Of a stretch of DNA of 64,000 nucleotides, positions 40,857 to 49,851 are shown piece by piece. The stretch lies in the sequence record KT321315.1; one strand, written 5' to 3'. The notes beneath the pieces are model-generated. The model was not told the origin of the DNA. It saw nothing but the letters and a program-made list of their open reading frames with translations, and searched no databases. Within the stretch, counting starts at the first letter, position 1. The number at the start of each line of letters is the position of its first letter. The position numbers and the translations under genes are program-made. Source of the stretch: Enterobacter phage phiEap-3.

Positions 40857-41283
40857 GAGAATCTTATGATTGGATACGGTGAAGGAATTACAGATCGTGA
40901 TGAACGTCCAGATCTCTTAGAATCTGACGAACATCCTGATTTTTAGGATATAAATACTATCGTAGGGCAAGGGCATGTTTACCGATGAATGCATTTTCAT
41001 AATCGGATAAACCTATGGCCTATATGGAATGCAACATATATTCGTGATTGGGATTTTTTTCTCAACCTGGAACCTTTAGGCTAACAGTGTGCAACGGCAC
41101 GAACTACGATTATACCACAGTACCCGAAAGGGGCTTGATAAAAGAATGCTGGATGATAGGCGTACTCTTTTGCGCCGTCCGATGGAGTTTACCTTCGGCG
41201 GGGTGATTGATAACATACCTTCGATCAAGGGCATGTGAATAGAATAGCCAGAATAGTACAGCACTGGCGTTAAGCAAATGTAC

Positions 41284-41318
41284 AAAAGCCCCTTCCTTTC
41301 GGTTGGGGCTTCTTTTTT
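41284..41318. terminator. bidirectional intrinsic terminator, near-identical copy of the 7288-7311 hairpin
   Basis: agccccttcctttcggttggggct flanked by an A-run and a T-run; lies between the uvsY and uvsW.1 transcription units. Confidence 0.65.
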
Positions 41319-41550
41319 AGAACTTTTCTTCTTCTCCGCTTTCGAGTTCGGCCTTTAATTCTTCGGCTCGACCTTTCAGCGCATCGCGCATAGAAATATC
41401 GTCTGACGGTGCAACATCAACTTCTTTTACACGATTTTTGTAATATTTTTCAAGCTCTTTAAGGCCGTCCATAGTACGGCAAGAGGCGACCTTGCTCATG
41501 AAATCATCAATAGCCGCCTCATAAAGTCGAAAATCGTTGAAACTCTTCAT
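41317..41550 (-). CDS. uvsW.1: UvsW.1-like small protein
   Basis: 77 aa, immediately downstream of uvsW on the same strand, as in T4. Confidence 0.7.
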   Translation of the reverse strand: MKSFNDFRLYEAAIDDFMSKVASCRTMDGLKELEKYYKNRVKEVDVAPSDDISMRDALKGRAEELKAELESGEEEKF

Positions 41551-41558
41551 TTTAACCT

Positions 41559-43058
41559 CTAAATTTCGATTTGTTTGATCACGTAGTCAAACTTTTCTTC
41601 ATTGTAAATGCGTACTCGTTCGATCGCGTGTTTCATACCATAGTTTTTGTATGAATATTTATTTTTAGCATTTTTGGACTTTGCCAGCGTTGCTAAGTTA
41701 TCAACCAAATCCCAAACAGTAGCAAGAGATTTAGAATCATGTTTACGCAGTACGCGCCCAATTGACTGTTTGACTATAACAGCAGATTTGCAAGGATGTC
41801 CGAAGATTATGTGATGCAGGTTCTTAACAGAAATACCTGTACTCAGTACACCAATAGAACCGATTACGATCAGCCCCTTCGTTGATTCCGCGATCCGTTT
41901 CATTTCGTTTCGCTCATCAATTCCCGTTTCCCCAGAAATGTATACAACGTTGTCATATACCTTTTTGAGTTGCTCATACAGCCATTTACCATGTTTGATC
42001 TGATTGAACATCACAAACACGTTTTCATCTTTTTCCCTTGCCAGTTTCAACGCCAGCTTACAGATCCATGCGTTACGCCTGGTATGCGATGTTATATACT
42101 TGATTTCGCTTTGGTAATCAGCCCCCTTCATTTTCTTAATCTCATCCTCTTTATATCTCATGAAGATGGTATTAATTCGAAGGTTGGTAACTTGACCTTC
42201 CTGCATCAACCGATTTGTATCAACTGGCTTGAAGATTTGACCAAAAGCGCCAATGTATTGCATCATGTTTGCTTTGCCTTCTTTCAGAGAACCAGAAAGG
42301 CCAAACTTGAAAATACACTGATCCATTGTGTTGATGATCTTCTGTATGCTTTGTCCGGTTGATTTGTGGCATTCATCCACCATCAAACACATGAACTGCT
42401 GAAACCACTCAGGAGGCATTTTAACAGCCGATTGCCACGTAGACACGTAGATCAATGCATTACTGTTTTTAGCAGTTCCTGACCGTATTCCAAGCATTGC
42501 CTCGCGAGGTAAAAGGCGATAGTTGACGATATCACCGATCATCTGATCAACAAGGGCAGTTGTTGGGACAATGATTAGTACTTTGCCTGTGTAATTTTCC
42601 AGACACCAACGAGATATCAATCCCTGAATAAGAGATTTACCCGCTGACGTTGGGAGGTTAAGCACAGCACGGCGGTTTTTAATCGCATGAAACACCGATT
42701 GTTTTTGATACCAATACGGATCAATTTGCTTGTTTCCGTCGTATACTGGGTGTTCTTCTAACCACTTGTCAAAATCTGGCTGGGTAATTTCTTCTGTTTC
42801 GTGGATCTTAGGATCCATCCAGATAGAATACCCGCGAGACTCCGCGAATTTTGTTACAAGATAGGCTAAACCGTAGGGCAGTTTCCCGTTATAGTCCATC
42901 AAGTATATGTAGCCGTTCCATCCACCATATTTGTATTTTGCCTGGTACTGATAACCTGGCGGCTGGAAGCTGAAATAGTCGCGCAATTCATAGACTATGT
43001 TAGCCTCTGCCTGAATCTGCACATGACTAGTGTTAAGGAATTTGACTTCGATATCCAC
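41559..43058 (-). CDS. uvsW: UvsW DNA/RNA helicase
   Basis: MDIEVKFLNTSHVQIQ...ELRDYFSF matches the T4 UvsW N-terminus. SF2 helicase motifs are present. 499 aa. Confidence 0.95.
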   Translation of the reverse strand: MDIEVKFLNTSHVQIQAEANIVYELRDYFSFQPPGYQYQAKYKYGGWNGYIYLMDYNGKLPYGLAYLVTKFAESRGYSIWMDPKIHETEEITQPDFDKWLEEHPVYDGNKQIDPYWYQKQSVFHAIKNRRAVLNLPTSAGKSLIQGLISRWCLENYTGKVLIIVPTTALVDQMIGDIVNYRLLPREAMLGIRSGTAKNSNALIYVSTWQSAVKMPPEWFQQFMCLMVDECHKSTGQSIQKIINTMDQCIFKFGLSGSLKEGKANMMQYIGAFGQIFKPVDTNRLMQEGQVTNLRINTIFMRYKEDEIKKMKGADYQSEIKYITSHTRRNAWICKLALKLAREKDENVFVMFNQIKHGKWLYEQLKKVYDNVVYISGETGIDERNEMKRIAESTKGLIVIGSIGVLSTGISVKNLHHIIFGHPCKSAVIVKQSIGRVLRKHDSKSLATVWDLVDNLATLAKSKNAKNKYSYKNYGMKHAIERVRIYNEEKFDYVIKQIEI

Positions 43059-43128
43059 TATGTGTATCCTATATACGGTTTATATGAATATTTATAGGCT
43101 AAATAATGATAAACATTGGAGAAATACA

Positions 43129-43707
43129 ATGAGTATTGATTACGAAAAGGTTGAAGGTTTCAAAGCCTTAGAACAAAAAGAAGCCAAATTACAGCTTGCT
43201 ACCTACGCGCAAGAAACGTTTGATGTCAAACTGAACCGCCAGAAGTCATTCGAAAATATGCTTGCTGATCTGGAAGCTGCTGTACCAGCAGAAAAGCCGG
43301 AACTGTTGATCGACTCCCCTGATCCGGAAATTGCTACATACGAAGGCGAACAATCCGTTCCTGGTGTTGCTCCGGAAGTTGCAGACCAGATTGAAATTGT
43401 TCCTGACGCTCTACAAGCTCCTGTAAGCGATTCTGAGACGGTTTCTGATGAACTGGCATGGATGGAAGGGTTTACCCCGTCTATCATCATGATGGGCCGC
43501 TCTGTTTCGAATACTGGCTTTTATACGTGTCCGTATTGGATCTATGATTGGATGAAACAAAATCCGGATTGGTATAAGCACCCTGATGGTTGCCCTCATT
43601 ATTCAGCGCGTCAAACCCTCAAGTCGCTGGCGTGGTACATGCACCGTGATGGGATGGTTACTGTACGGGAAACCAGAAACAGCCAGTTCGACACGTTCAA
43701 AAAATAA
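43129..43707 (+). CDS. hypothetical protein (192 aa), acidic Pro/Glu-rich N-terminal half
   Basis: ORF starting at MSIDYEKV, placed after a divergent intergenic region shared with uvsW. Confidence 0.5.
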   Translation: MSIDYEKVEGFKALEQKEAKLQLATYAQETFDVKLNRQKSFENMLADLEAAVPAEKPELLIDSPDPEIATYEGEQSVPGVAPEVADQIEIVPDALQAPVSDSETVSDELAWMEGFTPSIIMMGRSVSNTGFYTCPYWIYDWMKQNPDWYKHPDGCPHYSARQTLKSLAWYMHRDGMVTVRETRNSQFDTFKK

Positions 43708-43720
43708 TTTTAAAAAGTAG

Positions 43721-43749
43721 TTGACCTTACCCTGCTGTTCGAGTATATT
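43721..43749 (+). promoter_or_regulatory. sigma70-like promoter TTGACC-17-TATATT
   Basis: Hexamers with a 17-nt spacer upstream of ORF 43800. Confidence 0.45.
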
Positions 43750-43799
43750 TGTATTCGAAGGCGGGGGAATGGCTCTCGCAGTGAAGAAGGAAATACAAA

Positions 43800-44111
43800 A
43801 TGAACATGATGAAAAATGCTTACTACCCAGTTCTGTTTGTTTGGGCTAATGGTGAAGTTAAGAAAATCGTCAATTCTAAAGCTCCTTATTACACTGTTGG
43901 TGAAGCACTTCGCCACGCTGCGGAAGCAAATTATCCCGTTCATGCCGAACCTGGTTATGCTCGTTGGAACGGTTCTAAATGGGTTGCTGATACCTGGGAC
44001 AACTACGAAGAAGAAAGAATGGAGTGTGATCCTGATTACGTATCTCGTCAAATGGAAGCTCATATGATTGCAGATCGTAGACTGGATAATGAAGCTCGCG
44101 GATTCTATTGA
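43800..44111 (+). CDS. hypothetical protein (103 aa)
   Basis: ORF with a sigma70-like promoter upstream and a hairpin terminator downstream. Confidence 0.55.
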   Translation: MNMMKNAYYPVLFVWANGEVKKIVNSKAPYYTVGEALRHAAEANYPVHAEPGYARWNGSKWVADTWDNYEEERMECDPDYVSRQMEAHMIADRRLDNEARGFY

Positions 44112-44114
44112 TTA

Positions 44115-44141
44115 ACAAGGGGCTACGGCCCCTTTTCTTTT
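44115..44141 (+). terminator. intrinsic terminator
   Basis: aaggggctacggcccctt followed by TTCTTTT. Confidence 0.6.
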
Positions 44142-44150
44142 AGGTGAAAT

Positions 44151-44720
44151 ATGAACTTAAACCACGAATGTTTAAAAGATTTGAGCGATGGTAACGAAAT
44201 TGGTAACGTTATTTTTCTTGATATCGATGGCGTTCTAAATAATATGCGGTGCATGAAATTTGGTGAACATATGGACATCGAATGCGCACGACACTTACGC
44301 CGGATAGTGAATCACGCTAATTGTGATATCGTCATTTCCTCTACGTGGAGAATCGGCAACAGTACCCATAATCTACGTGAAATATTTTATCCGTGGGGAT
44401 TGTATCGGATCATTGGTAAAACTTGCACCAACTTCCCTCATAGCACTGGAATGCGTGGTGATGAAATCAAGGCATGGATCGATACTTTCGGATGTAAAAA
44501 CTATCTCATTCTTGATGATGATACCGATATGCTTTCTTCACAAAAAGATCATTTTATTAAAACTGATGGGTTCGTTGGGTTGACCGAAGAACAATCCACT
44601 TATGCGATCCGTAACATTTTCGGGGTTACTACTCCGTTTTGTCCTGAATGTAATGGGTATGGACGTGTTAACGGCTACGACAAATGCGGAACGTGTAACG
44701 GTAAAATACTCCGGCTATAA
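44151..44720 (+). CDS. HAD-superfamily phosphatase fused to a DnaJ-type zinc ribbon
   Basis: Motif I FLDIDGVL (DxDG), ILDDD near motif IV. C-terminal CPECNGYG...CGTCNGK. Confidence 0.6.
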   Translation: MNLNHECLKDLSDGNEIGNVIFLDIDGVLNNMRCMKFGEHMDIECARHLRRIVNHANCDIVISSTWRIGNSTHNLREIFYPWGLYRIIGKTCTNFPHSTGMRGDEIKAWIDTFGCKNYLILDDDTDMLSSQKDHFIKTDGFVGLTEEQSTYAIRNIFGVTTPFCPECNGYGRVNGYDKCGTCNGKILRL

Positions 44721-44723
44721 ATA
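44716..44723 (+). promoter_or_regulatory. T4-type late promoter TATAAATA (hoc)
   Basis: Exact octamer 26 nt upstream of the hoc ATG. Confidence 0.6.
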
Positions 44724-44748
44724 CCAATAAACATAAGAGGTTAAATTT

Positions 44749-45810
44749 ATGGCAATTCCTTCTGTAACAATTAGCGCCAACAAAAACGAACTTTTGATTG
44801 GCGAAACTTTGACCTTAGAGGTTGAAACTACTGAACTAGATCCGGGTGATGTGTTTCTGGCCTATCGTTGGCAAAAAGATGGTGTAGATATTCCAAGCGC
44901 AACCGCCGATACTTACACAACTACTGTTGACGGTACAACTGCTGGCGATTATACCCTGATTTTAAAACACGGTGCTGATGAAGAATCAGCAACAGAAACC
45001 ACGTCTGATACAATCACCGTGACCACTTATCCTGTAATCGCATTTGGTACTGATTTACCTGCAACAAAATCTGTTGTTACTGGTAAAGAACTTACCCTGA
45101 CTGTTGCGGTAACTGGCGGTAAAGCCCCGTATACCTACGTATGGAAACGCGGTTCTACTGTTGTTAGTGGTGATTCTGCAACCTTAACAATTAGCGCTGC
45201 TGCAAGTGGTGATGTTGGTTCATATACGGTAGAAGTGACGGATTCACTGGGTAACAGAAAAACTTCTGGTGCTTGTGCTGTTAGCGTTACGCCTGCTCTT
45301 GCATTTGATAAAAACCTAAGCCCTACCTCTTCCGTAACACAGGATTCTGAATTGATCCTTAGTGTAACTGTATTGGGTGGTACTTCTCCTTATTCTTATG
45401 CATGGACTAAGGATGATTCTCCGGTTGGCGACGATGCGGATACTCTTACCATAGCAAGTGCGGCTCTTGATGATGCAGGTTCGTATAAAGTTGTAGTCAC
45501 TGATGCGAATTCAGATACCATCACATCAACTGTATGTGTCGTAACTGTTAATCAAAATTCTGATGATCTCGTTTCTAAATGGACGGTTCACCCGATTCCG
45601 TGGCGTGATACCAGTTTTACCCCGATCGGTTATTGGGTACTTGATGAAATTCTGTATCAGAAAGCACAGGGTAAAGATTGGAAAACTGATTATGCTGATT
45701 ACAAGTATAGTGAGGAAGTACAAACGATCCTGAAAGCGTTTATGGAAAATGGTGAATGTGAGATCCAGGATTCACGAAACGGTTATATTCATAAAATGAG
45801 TGAAATCTAA
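44749..45810 (+). CDS. hoc: Hoc-like outer capsid decoration protein (three Ig-like domains plus C-terminal capsid-binding domain)
   Basis: Three tandem Ig-like repeats (YRWQKDG...GDYTL; YVWKRGS...GSYTVEVTD; YAWTKDD...GSYKVVVTD) plus a distinct C-terminal domain. T4 late promoter upstream. Confidence 0.75.
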   Translation: MAIPSVTISANKNELLIGETLTLEVETTELDPGDVFLAYRWQKDGVDIPSATADTYTTTVDGTTAGDYTLILKHGADEESATETTSDTITVTTYPVIAFGTDLPATKSVVTGKELTLTVAVTGGKAPYTYVWKRGSTVVSGDSATLTISAAASGDVGSYTVEVTDSLGNRKTSGACAVSVTPALAFDKNLSPTSSVTQDSELILSVTVLGGTSPYSYAWTKDDSPVGDDADTLTIASAALDDAGSYKVVVTDANSDTITSTVCVVTVNQNSDDLVSKWTVHPIPWRDTSFTPIGYWVLDEILYQKAQGKDWKTDYADYKYSEEVQTILKAFMENGECEIQDSRNGYIHKMSEI

Positions 45811-45820
45811 GAGGCTTTAA

Positions 45821-46096
45821 ATGGCAACTGAAAAATGGACTACGGTTCATCCTATTCCGTGGAGAAATACCAGTTTTACATATCTTCCATACTGGCTATA
45901 CGATATTATCGTTGATGCTTTTGAGAAAGGCGAAGACTGGCGTGATTATGCGGAAGAAAAATATAAATTAGAGTTTGATACTCTGAAAGAGGCGTTTGAA
46001 GATTATGGTGATATTCATGTAATCGAATCTCGTAATGGTAAACTGGTTAGTCTGTTGTCATTGACTCCTGCTCCTGAACCAGATCCTGACCAATAA
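45821..46096 (+). CDS. paralog of the Hoc C-terminal domain (91 aa, free-standing)
   Basis: KWTTVHPIPWRNTSFT...ESRNG aligns with the Hoc C-terminus WTVHPIPWRDTSFT...DSRNG. Confidence 0.6.
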   Translation: MATEKWTTVHPIPWRNTSFTYLPYWLYDIIVDAFEKGEDWRDYAEEKYKLEFDTLKEAFEDYGDIHVIESRNGKLVSLLSLTPAPEPDPDQ

Positions 46097-46109
46097 AATA
46101 AGGCAAACA

Positions 46110-46628
46110 ATGAATACACTTCTTTTTGATTTCGACGACACTTTAGCAGAATTTTCTCAGGCTTTTTATGATAAGTTCGGTGTACGTCCGGAAGGAACGC
46201 CAAAAGAACGATATGACGAAATGGCGGCTTCTTTGGTGCGTACTGATTTTTATAAAAACCTTCCCCGTATTCAGGCTGGGATCGACCTCCTTCAATGGAG
46301 TTTCCAACGCCGAATCGGTGATCCTGCTACTTTGCTGCTTCGCGCGGAAGCGGTCAGCCCTCTTTGGGTTATGAAAGAAAAACTGAACTATACAGATAAG
46401 ATTTGCGCTGAACTGGGGATCTCTCGTCTCGATTTTAGTCGCATTGACTATCCGGAACAGTTCGCAGAACATGCCTATCGTGGTGTTCTGATTTCCCGCA
46501 ACCAGAAACATCTTGAAATCTGGAACAATTCTCATCTAGCTAATAAAGTTCCTGGTATTTTCCTTGCGGAAACACTGGAAGAAAATATTCAGCTAGTCAC
46601 GGAAGCGCTTGCAAAGGCTAATCAATAA
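46110..46628 (+). CDS. HAD-family 5'(3')-deoxyribonucleotidase-like protein
   Basis: N-terminal FDFDDTL (DxDxT), as in NT5C-type nucleotidases. 172 aa. Confidence 0.6.
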   Translation: MNTLLFDFDDTLAEFSQAFYDKFGVRPEGTPKERYDEMAASLVRTDFYKNLPRIQAGIDLLQWSFQRRIGDPATLLLRAEAVSPLWVMKEKLNYTDKICAELGISRLDFSRIDYPEQFAEHAYRGVLISRNQKHLEIWNNSHLANKVPGIFLAETLEENIQLVTEALAKANQ

Positions 46629-46662
46629 CAAAAAAGGGAACCGCAATGGTTCCCTTTCTTTT
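46629..46662. terminator. bidirectional terminator between convergent HAD genes
   Basis: aaaaaagggaaccgcaatggttcccttt ctttt: A-run, hairpin, T-run. Confidence 0.7.
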
Positions 46663-47125
46663 ACAATCTTTTTAATTCATCAAGCGCGGTTTTCTTATCA
46701 CCAACAAAGAGGATTGCTTTACCTCCTGCTTTTCTGAAAGGCAACACCGCTTTTGCCCGATCGTCAAACAGAATTCCTTTACCAGCGAATGCTGCTTTTT
46801 CATGGCTACTTTTAACGTAGTGGAATTCTGGAACGTAACCCAATACTTTTTGTAATGCTTTACGTTTTTGTTCGGCAACACCGTCAGAATTGAATTTACC
46901 GACACTGGTTAGTATTGCTACATCACCAAGTGTTCTTAAATGATGGAATAATTCAAATCCTTCTTTGATTGGTTCCAGATTTTCGTAGAAATCAGTTTTG
47001 GCAATTTTTGCTTTGCACTTTTTCAACTCATCTTCTGTCATCATCGAGGGTTCGCCATACATTGGCACAAATGAACCTTCCCAGTCGAACAATACACCAT
47101 CCATATCAAAGAAAAACTTATTCAT
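46661..47125 (-). CDS. HAD-family 5'(3')-deoxyribonucleotidase-like protein
   Basis: N-terminal FDMDGVL motif. 154 aa. Convergent with the previous gene across a bidirectional terminator. Confidence 0.6.
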   Translation of the reverse strand: MNKFFFDMDGVLFDWEGSFVPMYGEPSMMTEDELKKCKAKIAKTDFYENLEPIKEGFELFHHLRTLGDVAILTSVGKFNSDGVAEQKRKALQKVLGYVPEFHYVKSSHEKAAFAGKGILFDDRAKAVLPFRKAGGKAILFVGDKKTALDELKRL

Positions 47126-47174
47126 ATCAATTCCTCAGTTTGTGTATGCATACTATAATGTTTAATCATTAATG

Positions 47175-48014
47175 TCAACCCCAAGTGTCAGTTTTCGGTG
47201 CGTATGCTGCAACTTTAGCCACAATTTCCTTATCCAGTTCAGCTACCGATTTCTGAGGCTTACCACGGGCTTTAACTTTGATGTAGTTTGACTTAACAAC
47301 AAACATACCTTTATTGCTTGATTTCTTGATCTCGCTATCAACACCAACTTTGTTAAAGCTGATCCAAATATCGCCGTCCATATACTGTTTAAGAGAATCA
47401 CCCATGTTCAGGATCTTCGCCATAGTAAGGGCCGCGCCTTCGTGGGTATCCATGAGAATTTCTTTAGGAACTACACGATCGCGTTTCTGGTTCTGCTGCA
47501 TAGCAATATGCACATCGTTCATAACCCATACGATATGTACGTTTTCTTTCTTGTATCCCAGCTTTTCGACATCACGCGCGATACTTGCCAGCTTGCTCAT
47601 ACCTTTTAACGTTACGTCAAAGATGAGGTTAGGTTTACGATCTTCTGGTGCTGCCATAATACCGGAATAAACACGGTTTTGGTTTTTGTTGGAAATGTTG
47701 AAAACGTCGGCGATCACATGATGGAGGGTAGATACGTTTTCTGGGTTTTTGAGGTTCATTGTTTTGACATCATGGCCCGTTTGTTTCTTGATCTCTGCTG
47801 CGAGTTTATCGCTACCCATTACAAGTTTTTTCAGGGCGTCAACGTCCAGGGTGATACCTTCGATGCCTAGCAGTTTTTCCAGTGTGAAACCTTTACCGGA
47901 ACCAGCACCGCCAGCCAGAATAACAACCTGACCAAACTTAGGATAAGCACGGCCCCCGAAGGTGATCAGCGCTTCGGTTAAGGTGCTTTCTGTGAATTGT
48001 TTAAATGACTTCAT
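47175..48014 (-). CDS. nucleotide-binding (Gly-rich loop) protein, 279 aa
   Basis: VVILAGGAGSGKGF glycine-rich loop. Family not recognised. Confidence 0.5.
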   Translation of the reverse strand: MKSFKQFTESTLTEALITFGGRAYPKFGQVVILAGGAGSGKGFTLEKLLGIEGITLDVDALKKLVMGSDKLAAEIKKQTGHDVKTMNLKNPENVSTLHHVIADVFNISNKNQNRVYSGIMAAPEDRKPNLIFDVTLKGMSKLASIARDVEKLGYKKENVHIVWVMNDVHIAMQQNQKRDRVVPKEILMDTHEGAALTMAKILNMGDSLKQYMDGDIWISFNKVGVDSEIKKSSNKGMFVVKSNYIKVKARGKPQKSVAELDKEIVAKVAAYAPKTDTWG

Positions 48015-48128
48015 GTAAAATTCTCCAGTTTATTTTCTATTATTTATTGACATGCTTTCTGACAGTGGTGTATGGTTATGGTGTTCGACGGATAGGCCGG
48101 AAGAACTTTAAACCATAAGGTATATGAT

Positions 48129-49004
48129 ATGAAAATTGATTTACATCGCTTCATTACAGAATTTTCCCGCGACCGCGACATGGACTCTTTCAACTACTAC
48201 TCCCGTGAAATTGAAGATCGTTTTGCGGCTCATGTTGGGTTCCGTCGCCACCATACCCCTAAAATGCGCCCTGACCACGATCCGAAGTATAGCCCTATTA
48301 CGTGGCAAGCCCCGATCGATGGTTACGTTGAAGGGATCCGGATCATGACGTTTAACGCGATGTATGGAAATGCTTTGATCCATATTGCACGTGAGAAAAA
48401 GGCAGAATTCCCTAACGGCTGGCGTATTGATGAAGTGATTCAAAACCTTATGCAGTTACGACGTGAATACAAAGCGGGTATGTGTCTGCGTAATGAACAG
48501 TATCCGATGTATAAAACGTATGCCTATATCTCTAAGCATCTAATTAATTCCATGTTTTACATCGTTGGTAATCATGGTTCCGCTATAGATATTGGTTCTT
48601 ATGAAATCGTGGCTTATGCTCGCGAACAAGGAAAGGCCGCTGCACTGAAAATCATTGAATCTGGTGCTATCATTCTTAACCATCGCATTGATACTATTGC
48701 TTACTATGGCGATCAGGTTGAGGTTGAAGGCGTACACCATGAACGATTCAACAAAGCCGTATTTACTAAAAGTGGTTATGCTTATGGTAATGACATTATA
48801 ACTTCTGCTGTCCCTTTCGTTCGTCTAACTGTTGAAGGATTTGGAGAAAGGTTGCCTTATAAACCGTCAGAAGCTCAAATGTGTGCGGCTGCTGAAAGAA
48901 TCGCCAAAAAGCGGAAAATGTATACCGATGAATACCTGGCGTATGTCAACAAGACAAAAGAAGATGCAGATCGAGAAATTTCTTGCATGGATTTATGCCT
49001 TTGA
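48129..49004 (+). CDS. hypothetical protein (291 aa)
   Basis: Long ORF with a TTGACA-type promoter upstream. Confidence 0.55.
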   Translation: MKIDLHRFITEFSRDRDMDSFNYYSREIEDRFAAHVGFRRHHTPKMRPDHDPKYSPITWQAPIDGYVEGIRIMTFNAMYGNALIHIAREKKAEFPNGWRIDEVIQNLMQLRREYKAGMCLRNEQYPMYKTYAYISKHLINSMFYIVGNHGSAIDIGSYEIVAYAREQGKAAALKIIESGAIILNHRIDTIAYYGDQVEVEGVHHERFNKAVFTKSGYAYGNDIITSAVPFVRLTVEGFGERLPYKPSEAQMCAAAERIAKKRKMYTDEYLAYVNKTKEDADREISCMDLCL

Positions 49005-49036
49005 TATAATGTAAGCATCTTTTTAAGGGAGGATGC

Positions 49037-49354
49037 ATGAAAACGATACATTGCAGAAGTGAAAACGTTGTTTACTATCACGGTTCGTGTACTGCTGCTG
49101 GTATTGAAAGCATGTTATTGCCTCCCTGTGATTCTGATACTCTGTCTGAAAAAGGCAGAAAGAAAAATTTAGATCGTGTTTTCTTTACCGCTGATATCGG
49201 GTTAGCTCGTATATACGCTGGAAGGGCCGCGCGTTCTATAGGTGGGGATCCTGTTCTGTACAGGGTTGTGTGTCCGGTTGATGTTGTATGTATGAACGAA
49301 GACAAAGGCGCGAGCGTTTACCATGCAGCATGGGCGTTTTGTGAGGAATTATGA
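49037..49354 (+). CDS. hypothetical protein (105 aa) with Y-H-G-S motif
   Basis: ORF with a GGGAGG RBS; VYYHGSC motif. Confidence 0.5.
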   Translation: MKTIHCRSENVVYYHGSCTAAGIESMLLPPCDSDTLSEKGRKKNLDRVFFTADIGLARIYAGRAARSIGGDPVLYRVVCPVDVVCMNEDKGASVYHAAWAFCEEL

Positions 49355-49527
49355 ATGATAGCGTGTTGGCGTATCTCGTTTTCTTGTTGGGATATCGCTT
49401 AGAAGTGATGGGCGGGTATTCATCAATGTATGGTGATTTAACGGCTATCTGGATGGTTGGGTTAGGGGTTGCTTTTACATTCCTTTCCTTTGCAATTATT
49501 AATGAATCGGAAAAGGATATTGTATGA
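49351..49527 (+). CDS. small membrane peptide (58 aa)
   Basis: ATGA overlaps at both ends with neighbouring genes. Sequence MNDSVLAYLVFLLGY...IWMVGLGVAFTFLSFAII is hydrophobic. Confidence 0.45.
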   Translation: MNDSVLAYLVFLLGYRLEVMGGYSSMYGDLTAIWMVGLGVAFTFLSFAIINESEKDIV

Positions 49528-49850
49528 AACTATATCATGTGATCTACTCTGGTGTTTTAGGCATTGACAAACAAATGTTAGTTGATGTAATGTGTAAAAA
49601 ACTCGATGAACGAATTGGAACCCGATACAAAAATCATGTATCGGAAAGTATCTTCATCAACGTTGACCATCCAAATGACATGGAAGAAATGGTTAATACT
49701 CTTGATGATCAGCAGATCCCGTTTGTTGACAATTTCAACATGAGCGCTGGAGTGTATACGGTAGTAACTTTTGTTCTAAAAAATGTTGACAGCCGAAACG
49801 ATAGCGTGTTGAATGTAGTTGCAAAAATCGATTCTACCAAAGGAAAATAA
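49524..49850 (+). CDS. hypothetical protein (108 aa)
   Basis: ORF translationally coupled to its neighbours. Confidence 0.5.
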   Translation: MKLYHVIYSGVLGIDKQMLVDVMCKKLDERIGTRYKNHVSESIFINVDHPNDMEEMVNTLDDQQIPFVDNFNMSAGVYTVVTFVLKNVDSRNDSVLNVVAKIDSTKGK

Positions 49851-49851
49851 T

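Noticed and set aside
40947-41285. Possible tRNA gene(s) in the non-coding stretch (T4-like phages often carry tRNA clusters)
   Set aside because: No GTTCRANNC T-loop with a 5-bp stem and no 7-bp acceptor stem could be found. The ccttcgatcaagg segment has only a 5-nt loop.
47175-48014. Ribosylnicotinamide kinase or NMNAT identity for the 279-aa glycine-loop protein (would complete an NAD salvage pathway)
   Set aside because: The loop GGAGSGKG lacks the Ser/Thr after Lys of a Walker A, and no HxGH nucleotidyltransferase motif is present. It is not assignable.
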